Part shown: positions 61,741 to 64,000 of the stretch, piece after piece | Layout: each line of letters starts with the position of its first letter | Position numbering within the stretch: position 1 is the stretch's first letter | Origin: Camelus dromedarius | Taxonomy: Eukaryota | Assembly: GCF_036321535.1 (NCBI RefSeq) | Contig: NC_087437.1 | Span: 33,482,001-33,546,000, forward strand | Reading direction: 5' to 3' | DNA length: 64,000 nt | Made by a program: the position numbers and the translations under genes | Notes under the pieces: model-generated | The model's input: the letters and a program-made list of their open reading frames with translations, nothing else | Told to the model about the DNA's origin: nothing | Database searches by the model: none

Positions 61741-62130
61741 ATGTTAAGTGAAGTAAGCCAGAAAGAGAAAGAAAAATACCATGTGATATCACTCATATGT
61801 AGAATCTAAAAAAAGAAAAAAGAAGACATGAATGAACTTATCTACAAAACAGAAACAGACTCACAGACGTAGTAAACAGTCTATGGTTACTGGAGAGGAA
61901 AGGGGGTGTGAAAGGATAAATTGAGAGTTCGAGATTTGCAAATATTAACTGGTATTTATAAAATAGATAACAAGTTTCTTCTGTATAGCACAGGGAACTA
62001 TATTCAATGTCTTGTAGTAACCTATAATGAAAAAGAATATGAATATATGTATGTATGTTTGTGACTGAAACATTATCCTGTACACCAGAAATTGAAACAT
62101 CGTAAACTGACTATATGGTCAAAAAAAAAA
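61741..62130 (+). mobile_element. 5'-truncated L1 (ORF2 end, 3'UTR, A-tail)
   Basis: taagtgaagtaagccagaaagagaaagaaaaataccat...atagcacagggaactatattcaat...gtaaactgactat..aaaaaaaaaa. Confidence 0.92.
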
Positions 62131-62664
62131 CCAAAACAGTAAATTTCAACTTTCTTCACTGGTTGAGCTTGCAGATGAGGAATTTAGAAGGAAGGCACTG
62201 AGGTGGGCATCACACTTCTGTTTGTTTGCTTAAACATTTTGGAAGGGATGCCGGAGTGGTGACACACAGACTAGACAGAAGAGAGGTTTTAGAGTGAGAT
62301 CTGGAAATTTTTGGAGCTGGGATCAAGTCAGGCAGAATGAAAAGGAAGACAATGGTAAGTGCTGAAGGAGGTAGAGATGTTCTTGTGGTGGACCCTGCAG
62401 TTAAAGACAGCTGGGGTTCAGTAAAAGAGTGTCTGACTATAGAAAGAATAAGTTAAATAAAAAGCATAATCTGAATTAGATACCAGATAAGACTGGGATG
62501 ATGTAAGCCATGAGAGAATTTTTCCCCCGGGTAGTTGTGAGTGAAAGCCAGCATAACCATGCATGTTCCTCCATGTTTCATTGTCTTAATGCATGCCCTT
62601 TTTTAAAATTAGGGACAACCTTTCCTGTCTCATCCATTGAACAAATGCTGAGCTGTCTTTTAAA

Positions 62665-62893
62665 AGGCAGTGCAGTAGAGAGGTTTTAAGCACTAACTCA
62701 ATCAGCACTGTCACTTTCTATCTGTGTGATCCTAGGCAAGCCAACGTCTGTGCCTCTGTCTCATCTGTAAAATGTGAGTCATGATAGTGCCTACCCTGTG
62801 GAGTTCTTGTGAAGCTGAAACGACTTACCTGTTGAGTACTTGGAATGGAACCTGGCTCCTGGAAGCACTACATAAGTGTTCGCTATTATCATT
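62665..62893 (+). mobile_element. MIR SINE
   Basis: tgtgtgatcctaggcaag...tctgtgcctctgtctcatctgtaaaatg...ctattatcatt. Confidence 0.85.
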
Positions 62894-63029
62894 TAAAACT
62901 CAGCTCATGAAATCAGTTCCTCTTAAAAGTACTTCCTGACTCCACTTCCAGGCTGTCATGGGGAATCCTGCCGTAAGACCCTGTGCACAGCCTGTCCTAT
63001 GCTGTAAGTATTTATTTCACTTTCCAACT

Positions 63030-63152
63030 CAGTTTAAACTCCTTCCACTAAAGATTAGGTCTAATACATGTCTACATCCCACTGCCTAGCAGAATTCTGT
63101 ATGATAGTACTTACTCAATAAATATTTATTGAATAGATCAAGGAATGAATGT
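63030..63152 (+). mobile_element. L2 3' end
   Basis: tccc.actgcctagcaga...ctcaataaatatttattgaat...aatgaatg. Confidence 0.7.
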
Positions 63153-63399
63153 TGGCAATTCACCTCTCCAAGTCTCAGTCTTTGAAAGGGATTTCTTAGG
63201 GAGTTAGACATTTCTTAGAGATTTCTTAGGGAGTCTTAGTTTCTTAGGGAGAAACTAAGCCAACTTTAGTGGCAGGGGGCCCTGGAAAGAATTTACTCCT
63301 CAATGACTGAAGTCTGGCATCTGCCCTCAACACACCATTAGACCAGAGGAGTAAACCTTGCTGCTGCCACAAACAGCCTCCCATCTGCGAAAACCAGGA

Positions 63400-64000
63400 G
63401 ACGGTTTTCAATGCTAATCTTCTTGATCATCTTTTGCCTCTTATTGGAAACTCCTAACTTGGCTTCTGTGACTCCATTTCCTCCTCCCGTTTCATTGGCT
63501 AGGGATTTTTGTTCTACTCTGTAGGTTTCTCCTCTTTAACTCGTTCTTTAAATGTTCATGTTCCTCAGAGCCATCCTTGTTCCTTTTTAATTGTCACGTG
63601 ACACACTTTCCCCATCCTTCCTGTTACGACCCGCTGATTCCCAAAGTCTGTCACTATCCTTGACCGTTCCTTGAGTTGCAGAACTGCCTTCTGGACATAC
63701 CCACCTAGACCTTAGACTCAGCATGACCAAAACACAAAACCGGACCTGTCATCACCTTTATCCCCATCCCCATCCCCAACCTGTTTTTTCGCTCACTCTC
63801 TCTCTTTGTCCATTCTCATTAATGACACCTGTTAATGAGTCAAAAACTTGACAATTACTATAGATAGTTCTCCCTCATTCTTTGATTAGATCTGGGAGTA
63901 GCACTAGCTGTTTGGCCTCCTGGAGATCTCTTAGCTGCATCCCATCTTCTCCAGGTCCTCACTGCCACTGACCTAGTTCAACTCTCAACATATCTTGCTT
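63400..64000 (+). mobile_element. L2 relic
   Basis: Pyrimidine-rich cttggcttctgtgac...ttaaatgttcatgttcctcag...actgccttctggacatacccacctaga...actcagcatgaccaaaac. Confidence 0.7.

Noticed and set aside
1..64000. CRISPR arrays, operons, rRNA or prokaryotic/viral systems; identity of a host gene
   Set aside because: No regularly spaced repeat-spacer array or gene-dense architecture; the sequence is mammalian, and no exon could be matched to a gene I recognise

Overview
Mammalian non-coding DNA (intronic or intergenic). It is CpG-depleted and dense in transposon relics, and no host protein-coding exon could be recognised. A tRNA-Ala-derived SINE and the L1 3' end look camelid (alpaca/camel); this is an inference from recalled consensus shapes. 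The dominant feature is a near-intact full-length LINE-1 on the minus strand (53551-60654). It has a 14-bp TSD, a CpG-rich 5'UTR, ORF1 with one frameshift, a 403-nt inter-ORF spacer, and ORF2 with three nonsense codons and one frameshift. It is nested in an older L1 3' fragment. The rest of the window is MIR, L2, old L1, MaLR/ERVL/ERV1 LTRs, a degraded ERVL integrase, hAT-Charlie MITEs and microsatellites; repeat subfamily names were assigned by eye and are approximate. The most unusual observations are a perfect 33-bp-arm hairpin at 1555-1627, a strong-Kozak ORF in the L1 spacer whose stop overlaps the ORF2 start region, candidate antisense (ORF0-like) ORFs in the L1 5'UTR, an orphan internal L1 fragment, a SINE with an extra polyadenylated 3' tail, and several local templated duplications. 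No new system is demonstrable from sequence alone; these are testable leads.
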